The position numbers and the translations under genes were made by a program. 64,000 nt of DNA, from the NCBI RefSeq assembly GCF_006345805.1, contig NC_043001.1:1798001-1862000 (forward strand). Direction: 5' to 3'. Position 1 is the stretch's first letter, and every line of letters starts with the position of its first letter. The notes beneath the pieces are model-generated. The model ran no database searches. It was not told the origin of the DNA and saw only the letters and a list, made by a program, of their open reading frames with translations. Origin of the DNA: Octopus sinensis. Taxonomy: Eukaryota. Shown in pieces: positions 63,437 through 64,000 of the stretch.

Positions 63437-63995
63437 AAATGCCCCAATGCAGTACCAGGCAGTGAATTTCGTGGCATCTGATCTTAACTGATTGGAGGTG
63501 TTATCATGTACATTGTTTTGTCTTGGTATAAAAGATGGGCTACAGCAAATATTCTGCTGAATACCACAGATTTGCTTGTCAATTATTTGACCGTAACCAA
63601 TTGAGCATGTCCCGTAGTGGTTGATGATATGTGCATCTCTGATCATGAGCAGAAGTAGTGGGGGAGCATCATAGCCATATTTTGAGGGGAATGCTTTGGA
63701 GTTTGGCTAATTCACCTTTGGAGACGTAGGTGTTTTGTTCAACATCCTCAAACAACCCTTATTCAAGGACTTTTTGAGTGGAATGGGCTACTTGATCAGA
63801 AGAAAATTCTAACTGAGCCCCACCTGCAATGTCATGCGCTGCTTACCTTGATATGAGATCCCCATGTCATGCACATATGGTTGTGATGCATGTGCCTGGT
63901 GTACCCTTACCAGATGGGTAGTCATGATGGATATACTGGGCTTTGTATATTTTATCCCAGTGTCAAATGATGGCATGCACTGCTCACTCACTCAG
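63437..63995 (+). mobile_element. Non-coding (AAT)n-associated interspersed repeat, longer copy of 8401-8855
   Basis: Starts after (aat)n; alignable to 8401-8855. Confidence 0.75.
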
Positions 63996-64000
63996 TATGT

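Overview
AT-rich, microsatellite-saturated eukaryotic DNA. The repeat families (tRNA-derived SINEs with CORE-, Nin- and Meta-like cores, RTE 3' tails ending in (GAT)n, R4/Dong-like elements) point to an Octopus-type cephalopod genome; this is inferred, not proven. I cannot recognise any intact host gene, only a few weak splice-site-bounded exon candidates, and most ORFs in the supplied track are microsatellite artefacts. The window is a nest of mostly decayed transposons: RTE, CR1, R4/Dong-like and Utopia/NeSL-like non-LTR retrotransposons, at least five Penelope-like (PLE) relics, one full-length dead mariner, DD37D and Tc1 fragments, MITEs and a Helitron-like element. The most interesting signals: (1) several type I hammerhead ribozyme motifs, including one in a non-coding 480-bp unit with 105-bp perfect direct repeats (retrozyme-like) and one that appears to be the tail of a tRNA-headed SINE split by an RTE insertion; (2) an R4-like family that seems to target (CATA)n microsatellites; (3) a PHD-type zinc finger inserted inside the RTE reverse transcriptase.
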